A stretch of 64,000 bases of DNA from Bdellovibrionia bacterium. GTDB taxonomy: Bacteria > Bdellovibrionota > UBA1018. The DNA lies in assembly GCA_040399745.1 (NCBI GenBank), contig JBBARP010000001.1, positions 74,617 to 138,616 on the forward strand, given 5' to 3'. Both the position numbers and the translations under genes were made by a program. The notes below the pieces were generated by a model. That model searched no databases. It saw only the letters and a program-made list of their open reading frames with translations, and was not told the DNA's origin. Below, one piece after another: positions 10,201-19,657 of this stretch. Position 1 is the first letter of the stretch, and each line of letters begins with the position of its first letter.

Positions 10201-11037
10201 ATGGACTTCACCAAACGAAAATTGCCACCCGAAGTGGCACCTTATCTTCGCCTTTGCCCCATCGAGTCGGTTGCGCCGTACTCGCTGATGGTCGCGCCGA
10301 TTTACATCCATCTGGCGAAGAATTTTAAATACCTCGCGGTGAAAGCTCCGCTCGATTATTTCACGCAAGACGAGCTGGTCCATTACAAGCCCTACAAGAG
10401 TTTCTTTGTTCCCCCGAACGCCGATGCCTCGCTTCGCTTCCGTGATGCAGGCAGACAGATTCGCGCTCTTCTGCACTGGGAACCCGTCCAAGCGCCCGGC
10501 GAGCCAGTACGGCTTCCGCCTGCGCCTTTCGAAATATCCGATGCGGTGCTGAGAATTCTTGGGCCCCTCTTCGGCGGCAACGGTCAAGTCGAGGCTTTCT
10601 TCGTCGCCGTTCTTGCCAACGAAATTTGCGATCCGCTTCCGCCTTCTGCGATCTCGGCTGGCCGCGAGTCGGGAGTGCTTCGCTTTGAGAGCGCCATTTG
10701 TCGCTCGGCTTGGTTTGTCGTGCTTGCTGTGTTGCTGGGGAACTTCGAGCTCAGGTACCTCAGTCAATCGCGTCGTGCGGTGTTTGATTTAGGCATGGGA
10801 CAAGTGCCCGAGGCCGATGCATTGGGCCCAGAAGTGCAGGAGCTCGTTTCACTGGTCAGCGAACTCAAAATCGATTCGGGTGAGTCGAAAGTGAGTCGTG
10901 ACTGGTTTGAAGCCCAAGGCACGATCTTGGGACGAAAGCTGGCTGCACGCATTCAGCGATCCATCACCGAGCTCGCTGACCCTGAGTTTGAGCAGCCCAG
11001 CGTGCGCGGAGAAGGGGGGTTCATCGATGTCGGATGA
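10201..11037 (+). CDS. hypothetical protein (possibly a degenerate HD-GYP-associated fold)
   Basis: 278-aa ORF overlapping the next start; N-terminal PIYIHLAKNFKYLAV resembles N-domains of Bdellovibrionota HD-GYP-like proteins; no HD or GYP motif. Confidence 0.6.
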   Translation: MDFTKRKLPPEVAPYLRLCPIESVAPYSLMVAPIYIHLAKNFKYLAVKAPLDYFTQDELVHYKPYKSFFVPPNADASLRFRDAGRQIRALLHWEPVQAPGEPVRLPPAPFEISDAVLRILGPLFGGNGQVEAFFVAVLANEICDPLPPSAISAGRESGVLRFESAICRSAWFVVLAVLLGNFELRYLSQSRRAVFDLGMGQVPEADALGPEVQELVSLVSELKIDSGESKVSRDWFEAQGTILGRKLAARIQRSITELADPEFEQPSVRGEGGFIDVG

Positions 11038-13873
11038 AAAACCACCTTCAACTGTGAAGAAGCGCGCACTGCCCGCGGCCTTTGGTGTGGCGGGAATCGT
11101 CAAAGAAGGAAGTCACATCTTCTACGAGAATGTCTTCTCGAGCCGGCACTTGGGACGAATCTCGGATTTGATCGTGGCGCGTCTGAAAGACTCGGGTACC
11201 AACGAGCGTGGTATGCGCTCGATGTTGATGCACTCTTTGCTCGAAGCTTGCGAACAGCAAATCACTGGAAAACCCACCCTCTTGGAGTGCGGACTGGATG
11301 ATGAGCTTTTTGCTGTGACCGTTTGCTTCCAAATGGACGCCGATGATGCGCCCAACGTTCAAGCTTTCCAGAGGAAGCTCGCGGAAGTCGACGGGCAAAC
11401 CGGAGGCGTTCCCTTTGAGGGCGCGTTCTTTGCGCTGCGTGAGCATGCTCATCGATTCTTTGTCCGCATTCAACCCATCGCGCGGCGTTTCGAATTAGGT
11501 GCGGTTTTGTATTTTGCGGGGCCACCTGCTGAGGGAGACATTGCCGCCGAAGAGATTGATCTCGACCTTGGAATGAGAGTCGAGATGGTGCTCGTTCCGG
11601 ATGGCGAGGTTCCTGGAAAGCACTATGCCGATTACACCGAATTGGGAGACCTCGATTACGTCAAGCTTCTCGCCACCGACGATCCGGGGAACCTGGTCGT
11701 TGAGTCCGCCACCGGCGAACTCATTGCCAACCAAATCGCAAAGAGCGTAGCGAGTTCAGAGTCCCAAGAAGAAGCCTTGAAGAAGGCGGGTGTGAGTTCG
11801 AAGAAAGCCGCACAGCTCGTGAAGGCACAGAAAGAACTCGAGGAAGCTCAAGCTTGGCTGAAGGCTGGAAAGCCTTCGAAAGAAGACGTCGAGAAGATTG
11901 CCGGTGCCGATCCGGATGCTGAACTGGTTGCTGCCTTAGTGAAAGGCGGCATGGCCGCCAAAGACATCGCTCAGAAAGTGAAGGGCGGAAAGAATACCGA
12001 AGAACTCGCTCAGCTCGTCAAAGCGGGTTTGAAGCCCGAAGAGGCGGTCGCCCTGTTAAAGGGTGGAAATGAAGAGGCGGAAGTCGCTGCTCTGGTGAAG
12101 GGCGGGATGACGAAGGAAGAGGCCACCAAGCTCGTCAAAGGACGCAAAGAAGAGCAGGAAACCGCTGCCATGCTGGTGAAGGGTGGCAAGGGCGGGGCTG
12201 CCAAAGTTGCCTCCACGATGGTGCGTGGGACGGGTCTTGCCGAGGACGAAGAGGGTTATGGTAGCGGAAGCGGGTTGAAGGCCGCGCGCCCGAAACCGAA
12301 AAAGGGTCTGCTCAGTAAGTTGTTCGGCGGTTCCGGGGCTGGCGATGACGAAGATTTCGATATCCCAGAAGACCAGATGGATGGCCCCATCACCCAAAAA
12401 GTAAAGCGTGTGGTGAAGGTCAAAAAGGTCAACCCTGTCACCCAACAAGAAGAAATTGTCGAAGAGGTGATCGAAGAGATCGTTGAGCTTCCCAAGAAAG
12501 TCGCAACGCCTTGGGCGCGGAAAAAAGTGGCGCGCGCCAAGGACGAGGACATCGAGGACCCGGATCAACTCGACGAGCTCGAGGATTCATCGGACCAGGA
12601 CGGTGACGACGACGAAGCGCCAGTGCGCCGGAAGAAGGCGCGCACTGGCCCGCGTCCCGAGCCGAAAGCGAAGGGTTTGGGCGGCGCCCTAGAGAATCTT
12701 TTTGGTGGCGACGAAGAAGACGACGCCGAGGATCTCGATGACGGCGCTTCTGCGGACGTAGCGGGCCTTCCGAAGAAAGCCAAGCGTAAGAAAAAGGGTG
12801 GCCTCCTGGGTGGGCTGCTTTCATCGGATTCCGAAGAAGACGTGCCTGAAGAAGACGGCGAGTCATCCGATTCTTCGGCTCCGGCTCGGAAGAAGAAGAA
12901 AAAGAAGGGGTTCCTGGCTGGGCTCTTGAGTTCGGATGACTCTGAGAAAGAGGAATCGGAAGAGGAAACTTCCGACACAGAAGCGAAGAAGAAAAAGTCG
13001 GGCGAATCTGACGAGAAATTTGAGCGCACTCCCGCAGGTGAGGCGTCCGAGGCCGTTCGGCTCGTGGAAGACATTGCCGAAGGAGCAATGTCTAAGTCCC
13101 TCAATAAGCTGAATCAGGAAGCTCGCGAAGTCATTGCTCAGTCGAAGAGCGAAAAGGTAGCGAAGTGGGTCGATAACGTGATGGCCGAGATCATGGCCGA
13201 GAAGACGCGTTTGAATCAGATGGGTCGGCAGGCCACTTCCTCGATCAAACGAAAAGAAGTGGAGATCAAACAGGCCGAGAACAACCTGAAATCGCGAGAA
13301 GCAGCGGTTCAGAACGAGCTAAAGAGCAAGGAGCGCGCCCTTCGGAATAAGGACGCAGCACTGGATCGCTTGCGCCTCACCTTGAACCAGAAGCAATCCA
13401 CGATTGATAAGCTCAAGACCCAGTTGGGCGGCGGATTAGGGCCTAGTGCCGAAGTGAAGCAAAAGGGCTCGGGATCGGTCGAGGTTTCGGCCCTCCAGAT
13501 CAAGCTCGATCGCAGTACGAGGCAACTGGAAGAGGCGAAGAAGATGAGCACGCAGCTTTCTGAAAAAGTCGCAGAAATGCAGCGCTCGGGTTCTGCTACG
13601 AGTGCCAATGCCGGAGAATTGAAAAAGCGCTTGGATTCGGCCACCAAGATGCTCAGTCAGGCCAAAAAAGGGAACGATCAGCTGGGCCTTCAGGTCATGA
13701 ACCTGCAGAAGGAAACGGCGACCCTGAAGGCCGAGATGAACCGCCTGAAGTCGGAAAACGTGGCCTTGCAGCAGGCCAAGGGCAAGTCTGGGACTGGGGA
13801 TGGCAAAGGGGGAGCCGGCGGGACGGGTACTCCTGCGGCTGGTGGCGGCGCCAAACCCGGGGCCGCAGCCTAA
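11027..13873 (+). CDS. large hypothetical protein: globular N-domain, LVKGG repeats, acidic/basic disordered region, C-terminal coiled coil
   Basis: 948-aa ORF from ATG 11027 with visible repeats and a heptad-rich C-terminus. Confidence 0.8.
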   Translation: MSDEKPPSTVKKRALPAAFGVAGIVKEGSHIFYENVFSSRHLGRISDLIVARLKDSGTNERGMRSMLMHSLLEACEQQITGKPTLLECGLDDELFAVTVCFQMDADDAPNVQAFQRKLAEVDGQTGGVPFEGAFFALREHAHRFFVRIQPIARRFELGAVLYFAGPPAEGDIAAEEIDLDLGMRVEMVLVPDGEVPGKHYADYTELGDLDYVKLLATDDPGNLVVESATGELIANQIAKSVASSESQEEALKKAGVSSKKAAQLVKAQKELEEAQAWLKAGKPSKEDVEKIAGADPDAELVAALVKGGMAAKDIAQKVKGGKNTEELAQLVKAGLKPEEAVALLKGGNEEAEVAALVKGGMTKEEATKLVKGRKEEQETAAMLVKGGKGGAAKVASTMVRGTGLAEDEEGYGSGSGLKAARPKPKKGLLSKLFGGSGAGDDEDFDIPEDQMDGPITQKVKRVVKVKKVNPVTQQEEIVEEVIEEIVELPKKVATPWARKKVARAKDEDIEDPDQLDELEDSSDQDGDDDEAPVRRKKARTGPRPEPKAKGLGGALENLFGGDEEDDAEDLDDGASADVAGLPKKAKRKKKGGLLGGLLSSDSEEDVPEEDGESSDSSAPARKKKKKKGFLAGLLSSDDSEKEESEEETSDTEAKKKKSGESDEKFERTPAGEASEAVRLVEDIAEGAMSKSLNKLNQEAREVIAQSKSEKVAKWVDNVMAEIMAEKTRLNQMGRQATSSIKRKEVEIKQAENNLKSREAAVQNELKSKERALRNKDAALDRLRLTLNQKQSTIDKLKTQLGGGLGPSAEVKQKGSGSVEVSALQIKLDRSTRQLEEAKKMSTQLSEKVAEMQRSGSATSANAGELKKRLDSATKMLSQAKKGNDQLGLQVMNLQKETATLKAEMNRLKSENVALQQAKGKSGTGDGKGGAGGTGTPAAGGGAKPGAAA

Positions 13874-13936
13874 AACGGTTTCCTGCTCAAGGACCGCTTC
13901 AAAAGCCGCTCGGGCTGGGGTAGGGAAGTGTCAGGC

Positions 13937-14020
13937 GCTCGCGTGGTGGAATGGTAGACACGCTGGTCTTAGGAACCAGTGGGGCAACCCGTGACAGTTC
14001 GAGTCTGTCCGCGAGCACCA
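13937..14020 (+). tRNA. tRNA-Leu(TAG)
   Basis: Acceptor GCTCGCG/CGCGAGC, anticodon arm CTGGT-CTTAGGA-ACCAG, long variable arm, GTTCGAG T-loop, encoded CCA. Confidence 0.96.
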
Positions 14021-14026
14021 ATTTTC

Positions 14027-14773
14027 TTATTGAGCAGGGATGCGGATTCGCACTAGGCCTCGGAGTTTTCCGGCGCCTTTGTCGACGGTTCCGATGCCCT
14101 TCAGTAAGAGAGAATCAGGAATCCAGTAGGGTTCATACCAACTACGATCTGGATCCAGGATCAGTACGCGCTGTTTTTTCGCGTCGTAGGCACCAATCGG
14201 CGCGATGTGGCCAACGCTTGTATCCTCGGTAAAAACCTTTTGATCGAAGTTCGCGATGAGAAAAACCGTCGGGTCGTTTTCAGCCTCAGTCAGGACTTTC
14301 CTGAGTGCGGTCAGCGCATCGGCTTGGGAAGGCTCAAAGCGCAGGACTTTGGATTCGGCTCCTGAGACCCCAAATTCCTTGAGAGCCGACCGAGTCATGC
14401 TTTCCAGGTGCTCTAAGCTTTTCATTCCGAACGGGACCCCGCCGATTCGGTCTTCGACGGCTGCCTCGGTCACGAGCTGGGTCTCTGAGTCTAAATCCCG
14501 GCTGGACCGTGCGCCGTTAACCACCATGGTGATGCTGGCCAGGCCGCAGGTACTGCCTTTGGCTTGAGGCACGTAATAGGGAATGAGGCTCCAAAAGTCG
14601 GTGACCTTTGCGGTCCGGAAGTAGGCGTGATCTTGAGAGAGGCGCGTGGTCGCTGGGCCGTACTTTGGCTGGGCTTGGGCGGTTGTAGGCGCCGAGAGCG
14701 CTATCCAGGCTGCCAGGGCGGCCGCCAGAAGGGGGCTCACGGAGTTCAATCGGAATGGGTTTGGGTGCTTCAT
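14027..14773 (-). CDS. secreted phytochelatin synthase family protein
   Basis: Papain-like triad in PCS context (QAKGSTCGLAS, GHIAPIGAYD, LILDPD); Sec signal ending AQA. Confidence 0.85.
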   Translation of the reverse strand: MKHPNPFRLNSVSPLLAAALAAWIALSAPTTAQAQPKYGPATTRLSQDHAYFRTAKVTDFWSLIPYYVPQAKGSTCGLASITMVVNGARSSRDLDSETQLVTEAAVEDRIGGVPFGMKSLEHLESMTRSALKEFGVSGAESKVLRFEPSQADALTALRKVLTEAENDPTVFLIANFDQKVFTEDTSVGHIAPIGAYDAKKQRVLILDPDRSWYEPYWIPDSLLLKGIGTVDKGAGKLRGLVRIRIPAQ

Positions 14774-15018
14774 CCACAGTGCCCCGGCCCGCAGGCGTGA
14801 GATTTTGAGCTGCTTGCCGGTGGGACGTGGCAGTCGTGGCAGCCGTGCTGGGTGCTTTCCCTAAGGTCTCCGCGGCCGGCTACTGCAAAGGCCGAGAGCA
14901 GCTTTTCTTGGCTCAAAGTGCCGCAATTTGGGCATTCGGCCTCGTGGGATTGGTCAAAAGTCCGGATGCTTTCAAACCTGACTTGGCAAGGCTGGCAGCG
15001 GTATTCGTACAGGGCCAT
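14770..15018 (-). CDS. FmdB-family zinc-ribbon protein with His/Cys-rich tail
   Basis: MALYEYRCQPC...FE...CPNCG...KLLS; stop overlaps the PCS start. Confidence 0.85.
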   Translation of the reverse strand: MALYEYRCQPCQVRFESIRTFDQSHEAECPNCGTLSQEKLLSAFAVAGRGDLRESTQHGCHDCHVPPASSSKSHACGPGHCG

Positions 15019-15109
15019 GAGAATGATTCTATCAGACAGCCCTTGCAGCTTGCACGGGGCAGCACGTCCATGCTTAATTTTAGGGGTTCCGTCGTCGGAC
15101 GACTGATGC

Positions 15110-15186
15110 GACCCCGTAGCTCAGATGGATAGAGCAGGTGCCTTCTAAGCATCAGGTCGGGGGTTCGATTCCCTCCGGGGTCGCCA
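15110..15186 (+). tRNA. tRNA-Arg(TCT)
   Basis: Acceptor GACCCCG/CGGGGTC, anticodon loop CTTCTAA, GTTCGAT T-loop, CCA. Confidence 0.96.
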
Positions 15187-15220
15187 GTTCCGGCACGTGC
15201 GGTGCAACCTCCTCGGGATC

Positions 15221-16183
15221 ATGGCCCAACGATCCCGTGCTCGAGAGCAGAAGCCCAAGCCGCCGTTGATCGTCTGGGCGGTCGACCCGTTTGAAGAGGC
15301 CGGTCCTGTGCGAACCCATGTCGAGGATTCGCTCCGTGCGTTGGTGCGAAGGACCAAAGCGCGAGTGCTGCCGATCCACATTTTTAGCGTCTCGGAAACG
15401 AGTCCGAACGTGGACCCTGCGATTGCTGCGCTGAAACTCTACCTTCAGCGCGCTGCTATCCCAGGATGCTTAGAGCCCTGCGTTCTCTTTGAATCGATGA
15501 CTTCGCGAAGCCGGGCCGCCGAGCTCTTGCTGGAGCGAGCGGTAACCGAAGGAGCCGAACTCGTCGTGGCGGGGAGCCATGGTCGTTCAACTTGGGCGCG
15601 TTGGCTGATGGGGAGTTTTGCTGAGTCCTTATTACTTCGCGCACCGCTGCCCGTTCTCTTGATCTCCCGGCGCTCGCTTCCGTTGACAGGGCACTGGAAT
15701 ACTCTTTTTGCGACCGATCTGGGGCAGCCTTCGCGGCGGCTGTTTGAAGAGTCGCTTCCGCTTTTACGTCGATTCGGCGGTAAATTGACGCTCTTTCACT
15801 CGGCACCCAATCCGATTGAGCCCGTCGTCCAGTCTGGAATCCTCCTTTTGGGCGGAGCTTGGGTGCCCGTTCATCCCTACTTTGCTCGGGATACCGAGGC
15901 CAGGAATCGAAAGCTTCGGGCCTGGGCCAATCACGGACAGCGCCGCGGAGTCAGAGTTTTGCCTCGGTTGATTTCTGAGCCAGGGTCGGTCGCAGGCCAT
16001 GCGGTTCGATGCGTGGAAGATGTACATGCCGACTTGGTCGTCGCCGCACCTCACGGGGGCCCCATTCGAAGTGCGATTGCTGGAAGCGTAGCCAGGCAGA
16101 TGGCGCGCCAACTGGACGTTCCGCTTCTCATTCTTCATTCAAATGAACGGGCCGAAAAAACAGTTCCGTTCGTCGCTGCCTGA
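15221..16183 (+). CDS. universal stress protein (tandem USP domains)
   Basis: AELVVAGSHGRS...MGSFAESLL...PVLL and ADLVVAAPHG...GSVARQM...VPLLI. Confidence 0.85.
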   Translation: MAQRSRAREQKPKPPLIVWAVDPFEEAGPVRTHVEDSLRALVRRTKARVLPIHIFSVSETSPNVDPAIAALKLYLQRAAIPGCLEPCVLFESMTSRSRAAELLLERAVTEGAELVVAGSHGRSTWARWLMGSFAESLLLRAPLPVLLISRRSLPLTGHWNTLFATDLGQPSRRLFEESLPLLRRFGGKLTLFHSAPNPIEPVVQSGILLLGGAWVPVHPYFARDTEARNRKLRAWANHGQRRGVRVLPRLISEPGSVAGHAVRCVEDVHADLVVAAPHGGPIRSAIAGSVARQMARQLDVPLLILHSNERAEKTVPFVAA

Positions 16184-16197
16184 ACTAAACTTGAAAT

Positions 16198-18414
16198 GTG
16201 CAATCCAAACGCCGGTGGTTTCAGGTCTCTGCCTTTTTGATTCCCGGCTTGCTTCAAGCAGCCCAAATGCCCGCGCTGACTCAGCGCCACAAGAAGCCCG
16301 TTCCGAGCGAGGTCGGGGGTGAGGCGAGTGCCGCTGCGTCGCATTCGGGGACGCCATTTTGTATCGACGACAAAGACTTAGGCGATCACCCGCGTGTGAA
16401 GCCGCCGATGATTACGAGCGTTTCCCCTCGCCAAGGGAGTTCAACAGGTGGGGCGACCCTGACCATCCGAGGTCAGAATTTCCAAACGAAATCGCGAATC
16501 CGATTGGGTGAGCTGGAGTGCTTAGAGCCCATTCTTCGGGATTCCCGCACTCTGGAGTGCGTTGCCCCGGCTTCTTCCGAAGCGGGAGCCATGAACGTTC
16601 AGGTAGCCAACGAGGACGGTGGCTGCGGGTATTTCGGAAAAGCATTCACCTACATTCCAGTGGTGGTGCTTCAGCCTCGGACGAAGTCGACCGTGGTGGG
16701 GTTCTCGGTTCAATTCTCGCCAAAAGGCGGAAAAACGCCTTTCCAATATTCGGTTGTGTCGGGTGAGGGGCGTGTGAACCCGAGCACCGGCGAGTTCCTC
16801 GCTCCGGCTGCGCCTGGAACTTCCGTGGTTCGAGTCATCGATGCGGAAGGGGGCGTGAGCGATTCGGTAGTTTCGGTCAATGCCCCGCTCGGCGTTCAGT
16901 TAGAGCCTCAAGACCCGCAGCAACCCAAGCGCTTTCGCTTTACTGTGGTCGGTGGCGCTCCTCCGATCAGCTACTCGATCGAAGAGAAAGAGCAGGGGCG
17001 GAGTGCCGATGGAAACGCCGTCGCTTCAGCTGTTCTTCGGGTTCGCGATCAACTGGGAAACACCGAGGAAGTGCAGTTGAATGTGAACCGCCAGGTTCCG
17101 CTCTCCGCTTTTGCCACTTCGCAGACGGTCGTTCCTGGCGAGAAGATGACCGTTGTCGCTGCAGGCGGAAAACCTCCCTACACATTCAGTTTGGCGCAGG
17201 GGCTGGGTAAGGTTCACCCCACCACCGGAGTTTACGAGGCACCTCGCGAGGCCAACGCTGAGGCCCAAGAAATGGTTCGTGTCGCTGATTCGACCGGTAT
17301 GACTCAGGACACGGTCATTCAGCTTCAAGTGCGAAAGGCTCAAGCCTCTCGGGCACTGGCTTTGGGATTCGCTCACACCTGCGCTTTGCTCGATGGCGGC
17401 GTTCGTTGCTGGGGCGACAACAAGCATGGCGAACTCGGAAACGGCACTTTGACAGGAAGCTTGGTTCCTAAGGCTGTTCGGGGACTCGAGAAGGACGTGG
17501 TTTCTCTAGCTTCAGGTCACAACCATACTTGTGCACTGGTGCTGGGCGGGATCGTGAAGTGCTGGGGTGACAATCGCTTTGGCCAATTGGGCGACGATTC
17601 TACGGTCAATGCGCTGACTCCGGTTGAAGTGTTTGGGATGACCGGTGGGGTTCGTGCCATCGCCGCCGGGCAGTACCACACGTGCGCGATTCTGCGGGGT
17701 GGGGCGCTTCGGTGCTGGGGTTCAAATCGCCGTGGCCAGCTCGGCAACGGCTCGACCGAAATGAGTCGCGTGCCGCTGCAAGTGAAGGGTTTGGCTCAAG
17801 GCGTTCTGCAAGTGGCTCTAGGTGCAGCTCACAGTTGTGCGGTCCTGGAGAACGGCTCGCTGAAGTGTTGGGGATACAACAGCAACGGGCAACTCGGCGA
17901 CGGTACTTTGGTCGATCGCTTAGCGCCTCATGACGTGAAGGGACTTCAAGCAGGAGTCAGCGCCGTGACTTTGGGTGGCTATCACACCTGCGCAACCCTT
18001 TCGGATCGCGCCTACTGTTGGGGCAATAATGGAATGGGGCAAGTGGGCTTGGGCACTGTGAGCCCGAACGTCCTTCTGCCGACCGAGGTCAAAGGCCTCC
18101 AAACGGGCCTCCGGGGGCTGGTTGCTGGCACTTATCATACGTGCGCGCATCTGGAGGGCGACCGGGCGGTGGCATGCTGGGGCTATGACCGCGAAGGCCA
18201 ACTGGGCGATGGAAAGTCCCCGGTGGCCCAGCAAAGTCTCCCAGTCCCCGTTCAAAGCCTCGGTCGAGAAGTCGATGCTGTGGCTCTGGGGTCGGGCCAT
18301 AGTTGCGCTTTGGTTCCCTCAGGGGTTCGGTGCTGGGGGAGAAACGACGTGGGGCAGTTTGGCGACCAGACGGTCGAGAGTTCTTCTGTTCCCATCCGCG
18401 CTGTGACGTTCTAA
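16198..18414 (+). CDS. secreted IPT/TIG + Ig-like + RCC1-repeat protein
   Basis: PMITSVSP..G...GG..LTIRG.NF (IPT); GG..PY/F Ig-like repeats; seven HTC...CWG.N..GQLG RCC1 blades. Confidence 0.85.
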   Translation: MQSKRRWFQVSAFLIPGLLQAAQMPALTQRHKKPVPSEVGGEASAAASHSGTPFCIDDKDLGDHPRVKPPMITSVSPRQGSSTGGATLTIRGQNFQTKSRIRLGELECLEPILRDSRTLECVAPASSEAGAMNVQVANEDGGCGYFGKAFTYIPVVVLQPRTKSTVVGFSVQFSPKGGKTPFQYSVVSGEGRVNPSTGEFLAPAAPGTSVVRVIDAEGGVSDSVVSVNAPLGVQLEPQDPQQPKRFRFTVVGGAPPISYSIEEKEQGRSADGNAVASAVLRVRDQLGNTEEVQLNVNRQVPLSAFATSQTVVPGEKMTVVAAGGKPPYTFSLAQGLGKVHPTTGVYEAPREANAEAQEMVRVADSTGMTQDTVIQLQVRKAQASRALALGFAHTCALLDGGVRCWGDNKHGELGNGTLTGSLVPKAVRGLEKDVVSLASGHNHTCALVLGGIVKCWGDNRFGQLGDDSTVNALTPVEVFGMTGGVRAIAAGQYHTCAILRGGALRCWGSNRRGQLGNGSTEMSRVPLQVKGLAQGVLQVALGAAHSCAVLENGSLKCWGYNSNGQLGDGTLVDRLAPHDVKGLQAGVSAVTLGGYHTCATLSDRAYCWGNNGMGQVGLGTVSPNVLLPTEVKGLQTGLRGLVAGTYHTCAHLEGDRAVACWGYDREGQLGDGKSPVAQQSLPVPVQSLGREVDAVALGSGHSCALVPSGVRCWGRNDVGQFGDQTVESSSVPIRAVTF

Positions 18415-18424
18415 GAGGGGTTTC

Positions 18425-19645
18425 GTGGATACAATCAAGACGACTTTGGATGATGTCCGGCAGGCTCGTTCCGTTTTGTCCCGATGGCTTCAGCCTTCCC
18501 CCTTGATTCATAACGCTTGGCTCTCTGAGGAATTTGGCTGCGAAATTTACCTCAAGATGGAGAACATGACTCCGATTGGATCGTTCAAGATCCGAGGGGC
18601 CACTTACCGAATTTCTCAGCTCACTGAAGCCGAGCGCAAAGCCGGAGTGATTTGTGCGAGCGCTGGAAATCATGCACAAGGGGTGGCTTGGGGTTCGCGA
18701 ACTTTGGGAGTGCGCGCGCGGATTGTTATGCCGAAGACGGCGCCTCTCATGAAAGTGCAGAACACTCGTGCGCTGGGAGCGGAAGTGATTCTGTTCGGCG
18801 ACAACTACGACGAAGCTTATTCTGAAGCGCGCAGGCTTCAGCAAGAAACCGGCGCAGTCTTCGTGCATGCCTTTGACGACGAACAAGTGGTGGCCGGCCA
18901 AGGCACGGTTGGACTCGAGATCCTGGATCAGCTCCCGGATGTCGATGCAGTCGTGACCTCGATTGGGGGCGGCGGCCTGATGGCAGGGATGGGCATTGCG
19001 CTGAAAGAGCTTCGCCCGCAGGTGAAGCTTTACGGGTGCCAAGCCAGCGGCTCGCCCTCGATGGTGGAGTCCTTGAAACAAGGGCGCGCGGTGACTTTAG
19101 AGCACGCCGAGACTTTTGCGGATGGCATTCGGGTGGCCAAAGCCAGCGAACGCATCCGAAAACTTCTGGCTCCGCGTGTGGAAAAGATGCTCGTTGCCGA
19201 TGATGAAGCCATGGCTGCAGCCGTTCTGACCTTGATGGAAAAAGCGAAGATCGTGGCTGAAGGAGCCTGCGGACTGGTTTTGGCTGTCCTCCCTCAAATT
19301 CGGGAAGAGCTTCGCGGAAAGAAAGTCGTTCTCGTCATCAGTGGCGGAAATATCGATGTGAACGTTTTGTCGCGGATCATCGATCGCGGACTGACTCTGG
19401 CGGGGCGCCGGGTGCGGGTGAATGTGTTGATCTCGGATCGTCCGGGTTCGCTCGCGCGCTTAACCGATCTCTTGGCCCGCCAAGAAGCCAATATCTTGCA
19501 AGCCATCCACGACCGCAACGAGCCGTCGACTCGCATCGACCAGACCGAAGTCGAGCTGACGCTCGAGACCCGCGGAGCTGACCACAGTGAACGCGTGATC
19601 CAGGCCCTGCGGGAGCAGTGCTTGCGAGTCGTCGTTTTGAAGTAG
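18425..19645 (+). CDS. ilvA: threonine ammonia-lyase with single C-terminal ACT domain
   Basis: GSFKIRGA (PLP lysine), SAGNHAQGVA, GGGGL, SGGNID, DRPGSL. Confidence 0.92.
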   Translation: MDTIKTTLDDVRQARSVLSRWLQPSPLIHNAWLSEEFGCEIYLKMENMTPIGSFKIRGATYRISQLTEAERKAGVICASAGNHAQGVAWGSRTLGVRARIVMPKTAPLMKVQNTRALGAEVILFGDNYDEAYSEARRLQQETGAVFVHAFDDEQVVAGQGTVGLEILDQLPDVDAVVTSIGGGGLMAGMGIALKELRPQVKLYGCQASGSPSMVESLKQGRAVTLEHAETFADGIRVAKASERIRKLLAPRVEKMLVADDEAMAAAVLTLMEKAKIVAEGACGLVLAVLPQIREELRGKKVVLVISGGNIDVNVLSRIIDRGLTLAGRRVRVNVLISDRPGSLARLTDLLARQEANILQAIHDRNEPSTRIDQTEVELTLETRGADHSERVIQALREQCLRVVVLK

Positions 19646-19657
19646 AGCCAAAGGCCC

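Noticed and set aside
14826..14845. CxxCH (CHDCH) heme-c motif in the FmdB protein
   Set aside because: No export signal; better explained as part of a cytoplasmic metal-binding tail
13937..15186. tRNA-anchored genomic island
   Set aside because: No integrase, no duplicated tRNA 3' end and no visible composition shift; the same applies at tRNA-Asn
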